A stretch of 64,000 nucleotides of DNA, from contig JAWXAY010000070.1 in the NCBI GenBank assembly GCA_034439715.1, forward strand, positions 1-64,000. Reading direction: 5' to 3'. This document shows, piece by piece, positions 30,128 through 39,569 of this stretch; the stretch's first letter is position 1, and each line of letters starts with the position of its first letter. The notes beneath the pieces are model-generated. The model saw only the letters and a program-made list of their open reading frames with translations. It was not told where the DNA came from and did not search any database. A program made the position numbers and the translations under genes. The stretch comes from Pseudomonadota bacterium (GTDB lineage Bacteria > Bdellovibrionota > Bdellovibrionia > Bdellovibrionales > SG-bin7).

Positions 30128-31081
30128 GTGGAAAAGTCCGAACAGGATTTTTTAAAGGAGCTTCAAAAGCAGTGTGTATCGGACAGTACCGAATACACGG
30201 CTGCTGCCTATGAGGCGTTAATGGGTCTCACAAAAAATCCGCCTGAAACTTTATCTAAAATTATGAAGTGTTTTCATAGCGTAAAAGGCAACGTGCAAGC
30301 TGTTGGATTCAACTTCATGGGGGACTTCGTTCACGAAGTGGAGGAAACTCTGATATCGGTTAGCCAAAAGCTAGGTGACATAGATGTCTTAGCTGGTGGC
30401 GAAAAAGACCTTTTGGATCTTGAATTTTGGTTGTCCAAAGTTATCCAAGCTACTGATGAATATTTTAAGGATCTGTCTGAAACATCAGTAGATTGCGAAG
30501 AATTTTTAGAGTGTAGACGAGGAACATTAGCTCTTTTGGCATCGTGGACTCCGAATACATCGCAGAGTACTGCAGGCAATGAGGGCGAGGCTCCGGTTAC
30601 TGAGATAGCCGTTCCGCAATGGGAGGCAACAGTTGCTCCTACGGAACCCGCTCCCCAGGCTAAGACAGGTAAAGGAGTCTATCTTTTGTGCCGTAACCGT
30701 GACCGCGAATATGCCATACCAGTTCTGAATGTGGTTGAAGTCGTTAAATTCCGTAACTTAAGTTTAATTCCCTGCGAACGTGGTGATCTTATGGGCCTCA
30801 TGAACCTGCGTGGCGAGGTTATGCCAATATTGGATTTAAGTCGCACGTTTGGCGGTCAAGAAAACCCTGAAAGATGTTTTATCGTCATCTGTGAAGTCAA
30901 AGGCACGCGTTTTGGTTTTCCGATTGAAAACGCAGAGCATATCGAAGAACTAAATTTTGAATATTTTCAGAAAGGTCAAGACCTTTCATCAAGTGATGAG
31001 CGCAGTTTAATTAACCACATATATGTCAAAGGCAATAAGACCGTCTTTGTTGTGGATGTCGAATGGATATTAGCTTCATGA
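30128..31081 (+). CDS. Hpt-CheW fusion protein
   Basis: IMKCFHSVKGNVQAVGF...FVHEVEE Hpt; Pro/Ala/Thr linker; YAIPV..VVEV and GLMNLRGEVMPILDL CheW. Confidence 0.88.
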   Translation: MEKSEQDFLKELQKQCVSDSTEYTAAAYEALMGLTKNPPETLSKIMKCFHSVKGNVQAVGFNFMGDFVHEVEETLISVSQKLGDIDVLAGGEKDLLDLEFWLSKVIQATDEYFKDLSETSVDCEEFLECRRGTLALLASWTPNTSQSTAGNEGEAPVTEIAVPQWEATVAPTEPAPQAKTGKGVYLLCRNRDREYAIPVLNVVEVVKFRNLSLIPCERGDLMGLMNLRGEVMPILDLSRTFGGQENPERCFIVICEVKGTRFGFPIENAEHIEELNFEYFQKGQDLSSSDERSLINHIYVKGNKTVFVVDVEWILAS

Positions 31082-32625
31082 AGAGTCTTTTTTTACTCCC
31101 AGGAAAATATGCGGCCTTTAATGAACCCTTAGAAATAAAAACGGTTCTTGGATCCTGTGTATCTGTAGTTTTAGTGGATCGAACAGCCAAATGTATGGGG
31201 ATAAATCACTATTTACTTACGAGTTTACCTAAGAGTGAAGCTCCAACCGGTAGATACGGCGAATGCGCCATTCCTTTACTTCTTCAGGATATGGAAAAGT
31301 TAGGCGCTAAAATAGAGCAAATGCAGGCGCATGTGTTTGGCGGGGCAAACGTTTTAAAAGATGTGCAGATTGGCAAGGAAGTTGGCCAACTAAATATCGA
31401 GTATGCCTTTCAAACTCTAAGAACGCTTGGAATTCCCATTGTTGAAAAAAACGTGGGGGGAATAAAAAGCCGAAAGGTTGTGGTAAATAGTCATGATTTT
31501 TCGGTCAAAGAGGTTTTACTTAATGAGAGCGAGGCCCAAGAAATCGACATTACGGGATATAAAAAGCTCAAACAGATTAAAAAGGTAAAAGTGTTAATTG
31601 TTGATGATTCAGCCACAATACGAACTTTGTTTCAAAATATATTTAACAAAAACGGGCTAGAAGTCGTGGGTGTTGCGGCAGACGCTTATCAAGCTCGCGA
31701 GCTCATTGTTAGTAAAAAGCCTGACGTCATCACTTTAGATATAGAAATGCCAAAAATGAACGGCGTCGTGTTTTTAGAAAAACTCATGCAATCCATGCCT
31801 CTTCCCGTCGTTATGGTATCTTCGCTGGGCAATCAAGGAGAGGCAGCTTTAAAGGCATTAAGCCTTGGCGCAGTTGAGTTTATGCACAAACCCACACAAT
31901 TTGATCCTCAGATTCTAAAACAATTGGGAGAAATGCTCGTCGAAAAAGTCAAAGCGGCTGCCAACGTAAAAGTTAGAAAACTGGAATCGCAAAAAATAAA
32001 CGAAAAGCATGCCGTGCACGTCAATGAAAAGAATGCTTTTATTGCGGGGTTAAATATTATCGCCGTCGGAGGAAACATAGGTTCCCAAAAAAGTTTAGAA
32101 ACTCTACTTAGGAGCTTACCGGCAGATTCACCGCCTGTGGTTATTTCTAACTCAACAATCTCTGGTTTTTTAGATGCCTATCTAAAAGAAATACAAAGAG
32201 GAATATCCGTGGAGTTGAGAGTCGCCAGTGACGGCGAGATATTAAAATCTGGCTGCGTATATTTTGCACCAGCAGAAATACACCTCAAAGTTGTTGATCA
32301 GTCTTCTAATTTTATAGCGCGCTTAAGAGAAAGTATGCCTATTAACGGACAAAAACCTTCAATTGATGTTTTATTTTCATCTATTGCGAAGTGCGCCAAC
32401 GCAAAGGCTATAGGGATCCTAATGAGCGGCTTTGGACGTGACGGTGTCGACGGACTTAAGTCTCTTCACGCAGCCGGATCGCAAACAATGGTAGAAGAAC
32501 CTTCGGCATGCGATTTTCCTTATGCCCCTCAACAGGCCATCAGTGTAGGAGTTGTGGACTACATAAGAGAAGCAAAAGACTTTGTGACTACCGTCATGCA
32601 GGTCAGAAACAGGAGTGTGGCATGA
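31078..32625 (+). CDS. CheD-REC-CheB-like fusion (methylesterase domain degenerate)
   Basis: CheD motifs TVLGSCVSV, NHYLL and FGGA; intact receiver (IVDD, TLDIEMP, HKP); CheB fold lacking the catalytic Ser and His. Confidence 0.88.
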   Translation: MKSLFLLPGKYAAFNEPLEIKTVLGSCVSVVLVDRTAKCMGINHYLLTSLPKSEAPTGRYGECAIPLLLQDMEKLGAKIEQMQAHVFGGANVLKDVQIGKEVGQLNIEYAFQTLRTLGIPIVEKNVGGIKSRKVVVNSHDFSVKEVLLNESEAQEIDITGYKKLKQIKKVKVLIVDDSATIRTLFQNIFNKNGLEVVGVAADAYQARELIVSKKPDVITLDIEMPKMNGVVFLEKLMQSMPLPVVMVSSLGNQGEAALKALSLGAVEFMHKPTQFDPQILKQLGEMLVEKVKAAANVKVRKLESQKINEKHAVHVNEKNAFIAGLNIIAVGGNIGSQKSLETLLRSLPADSPPVVISNSTISGFLDAYLKEIQRGISVELRVASDGEILKSGCVYFAPAEIHLKVVDQSSNFIARLRESMPINGQKPSIDVLFSSIAKCANAKAIGILMSGFGRDGVDGLKSLHAAGSQTMVEEPSACDFPYAPQQAISVGVVDYIREAKDFVTTVMQVRNRSVA

Positions 32626-33689
32626 GCAGCAAAAAAATTCGTGTTTTGATCGTTGATGATTCATCTATTATAAGATCCTTACTTAGGCGCTTTTTAACAA
32701 GTGATCCTGATATTGAAGTAGTGGGGGCTGCACCCGATCCTTATGTGGCTCGTGATATACTTCTGCGAGAAAAACCTGACGTCATGACATTAGACGTGGA
32801 GATGCCACGAATGGACGGCGTTACATTTTTAGAGAAAGTCATGGCAAGTAATCCGGTACGCACAATTATCATCAGCAGCCTTTCTACTCAGGGTTCCGAG
32901 ACAACCTTACGGGCATTTGAAGTCGGTGCAATTGACGTGATGGCTAAACCTGCAATAGATATAACACGCTCCATGGAAAGCATTCGCGAAGAAATCGTGA
33001 ATCGTGTGAAAGCCGTCGCTAAAGCAAAATTGCCAATAAAAATGAAATACGAGGCTCGTCCTCCTACGGCAGTCAAATCGCAAGCTTTAGCTAAGACCAC
33101 GCATCAAATCTTGGCGATCGCTTCTTCTACCGGTGGTACTGAAGCTCTAAAAGTCATATTGTCAAAAATGCCAAGCGATATTCCAGGTACAGTTATTGTT
33201 CAACATTTACCACCGGTATTTACTGCGACCTATGCCAAACTTTTGCAAAAAATGTGTCCGTTTGAAGTCAAAGAGGCACAAGAAGGCGACAAGGTTTATC
33301 CAGGTAGAGTATTAATAGCTCCTGGCAATTATCATATGGAACTTTCACGCAGCGGAGCTTACTATCACGTGAAGCTGCATCAGGAGCCAATATTAAACGG
33401 TGTTAGGCCTGCCGCTGATTTCCTCATGAAAAGCGTTGCAAAGTATGCCGGCGCGAATGCTATTGGTGTCGTATTAACTGGAATGGGAAGAGATGGTGCC
33501 GATGGCTTGGTTGCCATGAAAAACAGTGGTGCCTACAACATTGCTCAAAACGAAGAAACCTGCGTAGTGTTTGGAATGCCCAAGGTCGCAATTGAGCTCA
33601 AAGCCATTCAAAAAGTGTGCGCACTTGAAGATATTGCTAAAGAAATCATGAAACAAATAAAAATTATGGACGTCGTGAAAGCTAGCTAA
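32622..33689 (+). CDS. cheB: Chemotaxis response regulator methylesterase CheB
   Basis: Receiver IVDDS/TLDVEMP; ASSTGG, VQHLP and LTGMGRDG motifs give a complete triad. ATGA overlap with the upstream stop. Confidence 0.97.
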   Translation: MSSKKIRVLIVDDSSIIRSLLRRFLTSDPDIEVVGAAPDPYVARDILLREKPDVMTLDVEMPRMDGVTFLEKVMASNPVRTIIISSLSTQGSETTLRAFEVGAIDVMAKPAIDITRSMESIREEIVNRVKAVAKAKLPIKMKYEARPPTAVKSQALAKTTHQILAIASSTGGTEALKVILSKMPSDIPGTVIVQHLPPVFTATYAKLLQKMCPFEVKEAQEGDKVYPGRVLIAPGNYHMELSRSGAYYHVKLHQEPILNGVRPAADFLMKSVAKYAGANAIGVVLTGMGRDGADGLVAMKNSGAYNIAQNEETCVVFGMPKVAIELKAIQKVCALEDIAKEIMKQIKIMDVVKAS

Positions 33690-33696
33690 TAGGAGA

Positions 33697-34131
33697 GTGA
33701 CCGTGCTTATTACATTTCCGCTAAAAGTTGCGATAGTCGATGATGATATAATTCAAACGAAACTCATTTCAGGATTTTTAAAAGAAGTGCCAGATCTTGC
33801 GCCCCATGTTTTTAACGACCCGGTAGAAGCCATGACCGCTATAGAAGCTGGTGGTTTTCGCCTCATCATAACCGACCTTAAGATGGAAGCACTCAGCGGC
33901 GATGATTTAGTCAGGCGTTGCTGCGAACTTCGGGGTGGAATGCAGATTCTGGTAGTAACGGGTACCGACCACCTAATGTCGGCAATTCGCTGTTTTAATG
34001 CTGGCGCACAACGAATAATCAGAAAGCCAATAGATAAAAAAGAATTGGTAGAGGCAGTGCAGTCATCTGTTGACCATTTTAAAGCCTTCAATGAAACCGT
34101 CAGAGCCATTAAATCGAAAAAAGCGAGTTAG
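33697..34131 (+). CDS. Single-domain response regulator (CheY-like)
   Basis: IVDDD, ITDLKM, VVTG and RKP receiver residues; AGGAG RBS before GTG. Confidence 0.88.
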   Translation: MTVLITFPLKVAIVDDDIIQTKLISGFLKEVPDLAPHVFNDPVEAMTAIEAGGFRLIITDLKMEALSGDDLVRRCCELRGGMQILVVTGTDHLMSAIRCFNAGAQRIIRKPIDKKELVEAVQSSVDHFKAFNETVRAIKSKKAS

Positions 34132-34173
34132 TTATTTTTTCTAGAATCGGTCCGAAGTTCGAAACGAGACCGT

Positions 34174-35862
34174 CTACAAAGAAATCAAAGCCTCAGCATG
34201 CGCCAAACTTGTCTTGGTAATTTTCTCACCCGAAATCAGTCGTGCGATCTCATTCACGCGAGCTTTACCAGTAAGTTCAGTCAGATCCATTCGCGTTCGT
34301 ACACCATTTACTTTTTTACTGACGAAATAATGCGAATCAGCCTGCGCTGCGACTTGAGGTAAGTGTGTGATGCAAATAACTTGCTGGCCCTTTGAAATTC
34401 GTCTTAGTTTTTTTCCTACTTTTTCAGCAGTTTCACCACTGACACCAGCGTCGACCTCGTCAAATAGGTAAGTGCGGGGTTTATCAGAGTGTCCAACAAC
34501 TTGCTTGAGAGCTAAAAGAATTCGACTTAGTTCTCCGCCGCTGGCAAATTTGGCCAGCGCACGAGCGTGATCCTCTTTACCAACGCGGGTCATGAATTCT
34601 ACCTCAGAAATTCCAGTGCTAGATAGTTCTTCTATTTTGCTGATCAATACCTCAAATAATAGACCTTTCATGTTAAGGTCCTTTAGTTCTGCATTTACTT
34701 CTTGCGATAAAAGTCTGGCCGCTTGAATGCGTCGTTTATGCATATCTAACGACATACTTAGTAGTTCTTTTTCAATTTTTTCTTTTTCTTGATCTAAATT
34801 TTCGAGGCTAGATTCAAAATTCTCGAGACTAGAAAGTTCGTCATTAACTTTCTCTAAGAAACACAAAATGTCCTTGGCAGTATTGCCATATTTTTTTTGA
34901 AGGCCCCTGAAATCACTAAGTCGCTTTTCAAGTCGTTCCATTTCACTGGGGTCTACTTCGAGTGACTTTCCGTATTCTCTAATTTCGTAAACGACATCGT
35001 TTATAACCGATTTCACTTGAAAGAGTGGCGCCAATAAGTCGATTAATTTGGTGTCAACTTTTTGTAAATAAAGTGCCTTCTGTTCAATTTTGTGAAGCAT
35101 TGAAAGCACAGAACTATCACCCTCATAAAGCAGCTCATCCACTAGCGTTTTAAATTCAATTAGGTGAGAAGAGTTGTGTTGCACTCGCACTTCGTTTTCA
35201 AGCCCCTCGCCGTCGTTTTCAGTCGGCGAAAAATTTTCGATTTCTGTCTTTTGATACCTTAAAAAATCAAGTCGCTGTTCGCGCCAACCTAAATTGGCTT
35301 TTAATTCATTTATCTTGCACTGAATAATTGTTCGCTTTTCAAAAACGGATTCGTAATCGCTACGGATTGACCAAACGCCGCTGTATTGATCCAATAGGTC
35401 AAGATGGTAAGCTTTAGAGGTTAAACTTCGATTTTCATGTTGCGAAGTAATCTCAATTAGTGGAACTGCAGAACCTGTAACCTCTATGAGTGGCGAAACA
35501 ATTTCTTTTAGGCTGGTGAGCGCACTTAAAGAGTCATTGAGATAGACCTTGTTTTTTCCTTGGGCAGAAACAATTCTTCGGACCACAAGATTGTCATCGT
35601 CAGCTTCGATCCCAAGTTCCTTAAGTCTATTTAAAATGTCAGGACGTTTTGACAAATCAAACAGACCTTCTATGACCGCCTGTCCTGAGCCCGCGCGAAC
35701 AGTTTGGGTGTCCGATTTTTCGCCCATTAGGAGTCCTAGGCTTTTCATGATTACCGACTTGCCCGAGCCGGTTTCGCCACTGAGAATATTGAGACCCGAT
35801 TTAAACTCAATTTCGACTTCTTCTATGATGGCGAAGTTTGAAACTTTAAGCGCTAATAACAT
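34174..35862 (-). CDS. recN: DNA repair protein RecN
   Basis: NFAII, SGETGSGKS, ASGGELSR, FDEVDAGVSG, CITHLPQVAA and EIARLISG motifs. Confidence 0.96.
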   Translation of the reverse strand: MLLALKVSNFAIIEEVEIEFKSGLNILSGETGSGKSVIMKSLGLLMGEKSDTQTVRAGSGQAVIEGLFDLSKRPDILNRLKELGIEADDDNLVVRRIVSAQGKNKVYLNDSLSALTSLKEIVSPLIEVTGSAVPLIEITSQHENRSLTSKAYHLDLLDQYSGVWSIRSDYESVFEKRTIIQCKINELKANLGWREQRLDFLRYQKTEIENFSPTENDGEGLENEVRVQHNSSHLIEFKTLVDELLYEGDSSVLSMLHKIEQKALYLQKVDTKLIDLLAPLFQVKSVINDVVYEIREYGKSLEVDPSEMERLEKRLSDFRGLQKKYGNTAKDILCFLEKVNDELSSLENFESSLENLDQEKEKIEKELLSMSLDMHKRRIQAARLLSQEVNAELKDLNMKGLLFEVLISKIEELSSTGISEVEFMTRVGKEDHARALAKFASGGELSRILLALKQVVGHSDKPRTYLFDEVDAGVSGETAEKVGKKLRRISKGQQVICITHLPQVAAQADSHYFVSKKVNGVRTRMDLTELTGKARVNEIARLISGEKITKTSLAHAEALISL

Positions 35863-35873
35863 ATTTCCTCACT

Positions 35874-36767
35874 TTAGGCGCGTTCACCAAATTTTAGTTT
35901 GTCTCTCAAAATATTAAAATAATTGTGCGAAGGTTCACGTACAATTAAATGGTCTCTGTCATTTCGTTTTATAATAACTTCATCGTTGGGATGAAGTTGT
36001 TCTTTATTTTCTCCATCGATGGTTAAAAAAGCCGGATGTACTTGCGATAAAAGTTTTATAGAAATTGTTTGGTTGTCAGGCACCACAATCGGTCGCGTAG
36101 TTAGAGAATGCGAGTTTAGGGGTGTGCAAACAAAGACTCGTGAATCGGGATGAATGATAGGTCCCCCTGCTGCCAGGTTATAAGCGGTAGAACCTGTGGG
36201 AGAAGCAATAGTTATTCCATCTGCCTTTAACTCACAGACGAGCTGCTTTTCAAAATACAGTCCTAAATTGATGAGATGTCCGCCAGCCGAACGTTCAATT
36301 ACTGCATCATTGATTGCATGTTGGCGACTTTTTATTTTGCCACGCCTGACAAAGGTAACTTCGAGAATAGAGCGGGATATGAAATCCATTTTTTTTTCGA
36401 GAGTATCTAGAATGGCCTTGTAAGAGTCAGCCACGCGCGTGACTGTTAAAAAGCCAAGTGAGCCCATATTTATTCCCAGTATAGGAATCGGTCGACCGTC
36501 CAGAATTTGTGCTGCACGGAGATAAGTACCGTCACCCCCGATAACAATTGCAAGATCCAATTTATCTAAAGTCTTATTGATCGAGGCACTGTTTGCTAGG
36601 GGTTCTACAAATGCACCCAATTTTTTTCCGAAGGGACTTGCTACTGAAATTTTAAGATCAGCGAGCCAATGGGCAATATCACGAGAATGTTTTAGTGCTT
36701 CACTGTTGCCCGGCCGGGGGAAGATGGCAACATGAGTGCCTTTATATTTTCCCGAAACTTTTTTCAC
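35874..36767 (-). CDS. nadK: NAD(+) kinase
   Basis: GGDGTYL, GINMGSLGFL, IND and DG...ASPTGSTAYNLAAGGP motifs; adjacent to recN. Confidence 0.95.
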   Translation of the reverse strand: MKKVSGKYKGTHVAIFPRPGNSEALKHSRDIAHWLADLKISVASPFGKKLGAFVEPLANSASINKTLDKLDLAIVIGGDGTYLRAAQILDGRPIPILGINMGSLGFLTVTRVADSYKAILDTLEKKMDFISRSILEVTFVRRGKIKSRQHAINDAVIERSAGGHLINLGLYFEKQLVCELKADGITIASPTGSTAYNLAAGGPIIHPDSRVFVCTPLNSHSLTTRPIVVPDNQTISIKLLSQVHPAFLTIDGENKEQLHPNDEVIIKRNDRDHLIVREPSHNYFNILRDKLKFGERA

Positions 36768-38809
36768 GATTTTAGTCCGTCTCTTCTAAATAAAGCATCG
36801 GGATCTGGTTCGCGTCCCCTGAAGTTTTTGTAAAGAGTCATCGGATGCGTGCTGCCCCCACGGGCCAAAATTTCTTCTTTAAATTTATTGGCGACCTCTT
36901 TATTAAAAATTCCACTTTCTTTAAAGTACTCAAAGGCATCAGCGTCTAAAACTTCAGCCCATTTATAACTGTAATATCCCGCCGAATATCCGCCAGAAAA
37001 AATATGCGAAAAACCTGTCGATATCGAAGTGCCTGAAACTCGCGGCATGATGGCCGTGTCCCGAGTGACTTGGGCTTCAAACGCTTCAACGTCGATAGGA
37101 AGCGGAATGTTTCCCTCGTGCCAGGCGAGATCTAAGAGGCCAAAGTTCACTTGCCTTAAAGAAAACCAGCCGGCATGAAAACGCGAAGTTTCTCTGATTT
37201 TCTGAATCATTTCATCTGAAATTTTTTCGCCCGTTTGGTAATGTTTGGCAAACAGATCTAGCGTTTCTTTTTCAAGTACCCAATTCTCCATAATTTGCGA
37301 AGGCAGTTCGACGAAATCCCAATAGACTTTTGGACCCGCTAACGAGCGGTAACGACACTGTGAAAGTAAAGAATGGAGCGCGTGACCAAACTCATGGAAT
37401 AATGTTCTGGCCTCTTCGATGGTCAGAAGGGCTGGTTTTTGTGCTGTGGGTTTAGTGAAGTTACAAACAATCGAAACAATCGGACGAACGAGTTTTCCTT
37501 TAAGCAATCCCTGATCACGGTAATTGGTCATCCAGGCGCCATTCCTTTTTGTTTCTCGCGGAAAAAAGTCAGCTAAAAACACACCGACGTGCTTTAAGGT
37601 TTTTTTATCTGTTACCTCGTAGGTTTTAACGTCTTTATGATATTTAGGAATGTCGCTGCGTTCTTTAAACTCGAGATCAAAAAGAAGTTCGGCAACTTTA
37701 AAAGCACCAAGAATTGTATCTTCGAGTTTAAAGTAGGGTCGCACTTCTTCGGCATCGAAATCCAATTTTTCTTTTTTTAATTTTTCCGCAAAATAAAGAT
37801 AATCCCAAGGCTTAACTTCAGGGTTGCCGGTTAATCGTTTTTTAAAGGCCTTCAACTCCTCCAGTTCCCTTAGGGAGGCATCTTTAACCGTTGTGAGAAC
37901 TTGGAGTAAGAACTCACGTACTTTTTGAGGATTGCTGGCCATGCGTTCTTCTAAGACAAACTGAGCGTGATTTTTATAACCTAAAATTAATGCTCTTTCG
38001 TGTTTAAGTGACACTGTTTTTTCAATGAGTGGCCGATTGTCAAATTCACCTGATAATGAGCGGCTACTATAGGCGCGCCATAATTTTTCACGAAGCGGTT
38101 CGCTATGGCAATAGGTGACGAGTGGCAGGTAGCTCGGGACCTGAAGATTAAATAACCAGCCCGCTAGTTTTTTCTGCTGGGCCAATTCCTTAGCCGCCTC
38201 GAGGCCTGACTCGGGGATACCTGCGATATCTTTTTCGTCGGTGAGGTGCATCTCAATACTATTGGTATGTTTTAAAACATTTTCAGAAAAAAGTGGGCTC
38301 AATATGGCGAGGCTTTCGTCAATTTTTCGTAAGCGATCTTTTTGGCTTGTTGCTAAGAGCGCACCGTTTCTGACAAAACCCTTATAAGTCTTTCGTAAGA
38401 GTTCTTCTTGTTCCAAGGATAAAGTAAGCGTGGCCTTTCGATCCCAAACTGACTTAACGCGCTCAAAGAGCTTGGCATCAAGAGTGATGTCACTTGAAAA
38501 ACCACTCAGCTTTTGTGAAATCGAGCTTGAGAGCTTTTGTATTTCTTCGGTGCCTTCGGCATGTAAAAGATTAAAATAGGTTTCAGAAACAAGGTCGACG
38601 TCCTCTGAAGAAAACTCCAGGGCCTCCAGGGTATTTTCGAAAGTGGGCGAAGCTTTTTGATATTTGATAATCTCGATGTTTTGCTTAGCCGTCAAAATTG
38701 CGGCGTCTAGCGCTGGCAAAAAATGCTCTGCTTTCAGAGCAGAAAATTCGACGACAGAAAAACTATTATTAGGAGGCGACAACAGAGGATTTGTTAAATT
38801 GTTAGGCAT
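36764..38809 (-). CDS. M3 family metallopeptidase (Dcp/oligopeptidase A)
   Basis: NPLL, KRNGAWM, LFHEFGHALH, WDFVELPSQIMENW and GYSAGYYSYKWAEVLDADAF motifs. Confidence 0.95.
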   Translation of the reverse strand: MPNNLTNPLLSPPNNSFSVVEFSALKAEHFLPALDAAILTAKQNIEIIKYQKASPTFENTLEALEFSSEDVDLVSETYFNLLHAEGTEEIQKLSSSISQKLSGFSSDITLDAKLFERVKSVWDRKATLTLSLEQEELLRKTYKGFVRNGALLATSQKDRLRKIDESLAILSPLFSENVLKHTNSIEMHLTDEKDIAGIPESGLEAAKELAQQKKLAGWLFNLQVPSYLPLVTYCHSEPLREKLWRAYSSRSLSGEFDNRPLIEKTVSLKHERALILGYKNHAQFVLEERMASNPQKVREFLLQVLTTVKDASLRELEELKAFKKRLTGNPEVKPWDYLYFAEKLKKEKLDFDAEEVRPYFKLEDTILGAFKVAELLFDLEFKERSDIPKYHKDVKTYEVTDKKTLKHVGVFLADFFPRETKRNGAWMTNYRDQGLLKGKLVRPIVSIVCNFTKPTAQKPALLTIEEARTLFHEFGHALHSLLSQCRYRSLAGPKVYWDFVELPSQIMENWVLEKETLDLFAKHYQTGEKISDEMIQKIRETSRFHAGWFSLRQVNFGLLDLAWHEGNIPLPIDVEAFEAQVTRDTAIMPRVSGTSISTGFSHIFSGGYSAGYYSYKWAEVLDADAFEYFKESGIFNKEVANKFKEEILARGGSTHPMTLYKNFRGREPDPDALFRRDGLKS

Positions 38810-38858
38810 GTCGGCTTAGGCTAGCACAAGCATGCCCTAAAGGTCTACTCTCGTGAGG

Positions 38859-39389
38859 TTAAATACAAACACCAAATCCGGTGTTATTTATAAATGAACA
38901 GTTACAGCCAGAGAAGTTACCACTGCATCCCATAAATGCGCTGCTTGGTCCCCAACTATTATAGTTTCCATAGTAGCCAGCATAATTCCAGTAACTATTA
39001 TAATAGGAGTAAACATAGGCGTTTGTGGCATAAGAGTTTACCCAAGTAGCTGCAACACAGCCAGATCCATTCGAATTATAAACTGCATAGTAACCGGCGT
39101 AACATTGAATTCCATATCTTGTAACAGGAGCACCATAAAAATTATTACCATAACCGCCAAATCCACCGTTGTTATAGCCGCAGTTTGTGCCATATGAATT
39201 TGTGCCATAGCCATTGGCAGGATTGTATGAAGTCTGCTGCCCGGTTTGAGGATTGTAATAAGAATTTTGGCAATTCCCATTAATGTTATTGGGATGGACC
39301 GCAACTTGGCCACCGCTTCCGTTTTTATTTTTGCTGGGACAGCCTATTGATGTCATAGCAATAATTGTGATTAATATTAGCTTTCTCAT
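38859..39389 (-). CDS. Asn/Tyr/Gly-rich low-complexity lipoprotein with 8 Cys
   Basis: GGAGG RBS, SIGC lipobox; no Asp or Glu in the whole protein. Confidence 0.82.
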   Translation of the reverse strand: MRKLILITIIAMTSIGCPSKNKNGSGGQVAVHPNNINGNCQNSYYNPQTGQQTSYNPANGYGTNSYGTNCGYNNGGFGGYGNNFYGAPVTRYGIQCYAGYYAVYNSNGSGCVAATWVNSYATNAYVYSYYNSYWNYAGYYGNYNSWGPSSAFMGCSGNFSGCNCSFINNTGFGVCI

Positions 39390-39569
39390 ATGTTTGGTCC
39401 TCCACCCGTTTGAGGTTCAAGTTCGGTACGATGCATCAATAATAATTCGAATGCCACTTTTTTTTCGTTTTTTGAAAAATATCCATGGAACAATTGTTGA
39501 AACTCCGACTAAAATATTAAAGTGGCGAAAAATGAGTCGACCTTAACTATTTGATTTAACGGAGGTTTT

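Noticed and set aside
32508..32621. Cys/His-rich N-terminal extension on CheB in the ORF track
   Set aside because: It overlaps the upstream gene in another frame; ATG 32622 has an AGGAG RBS and an ATGA coupling.
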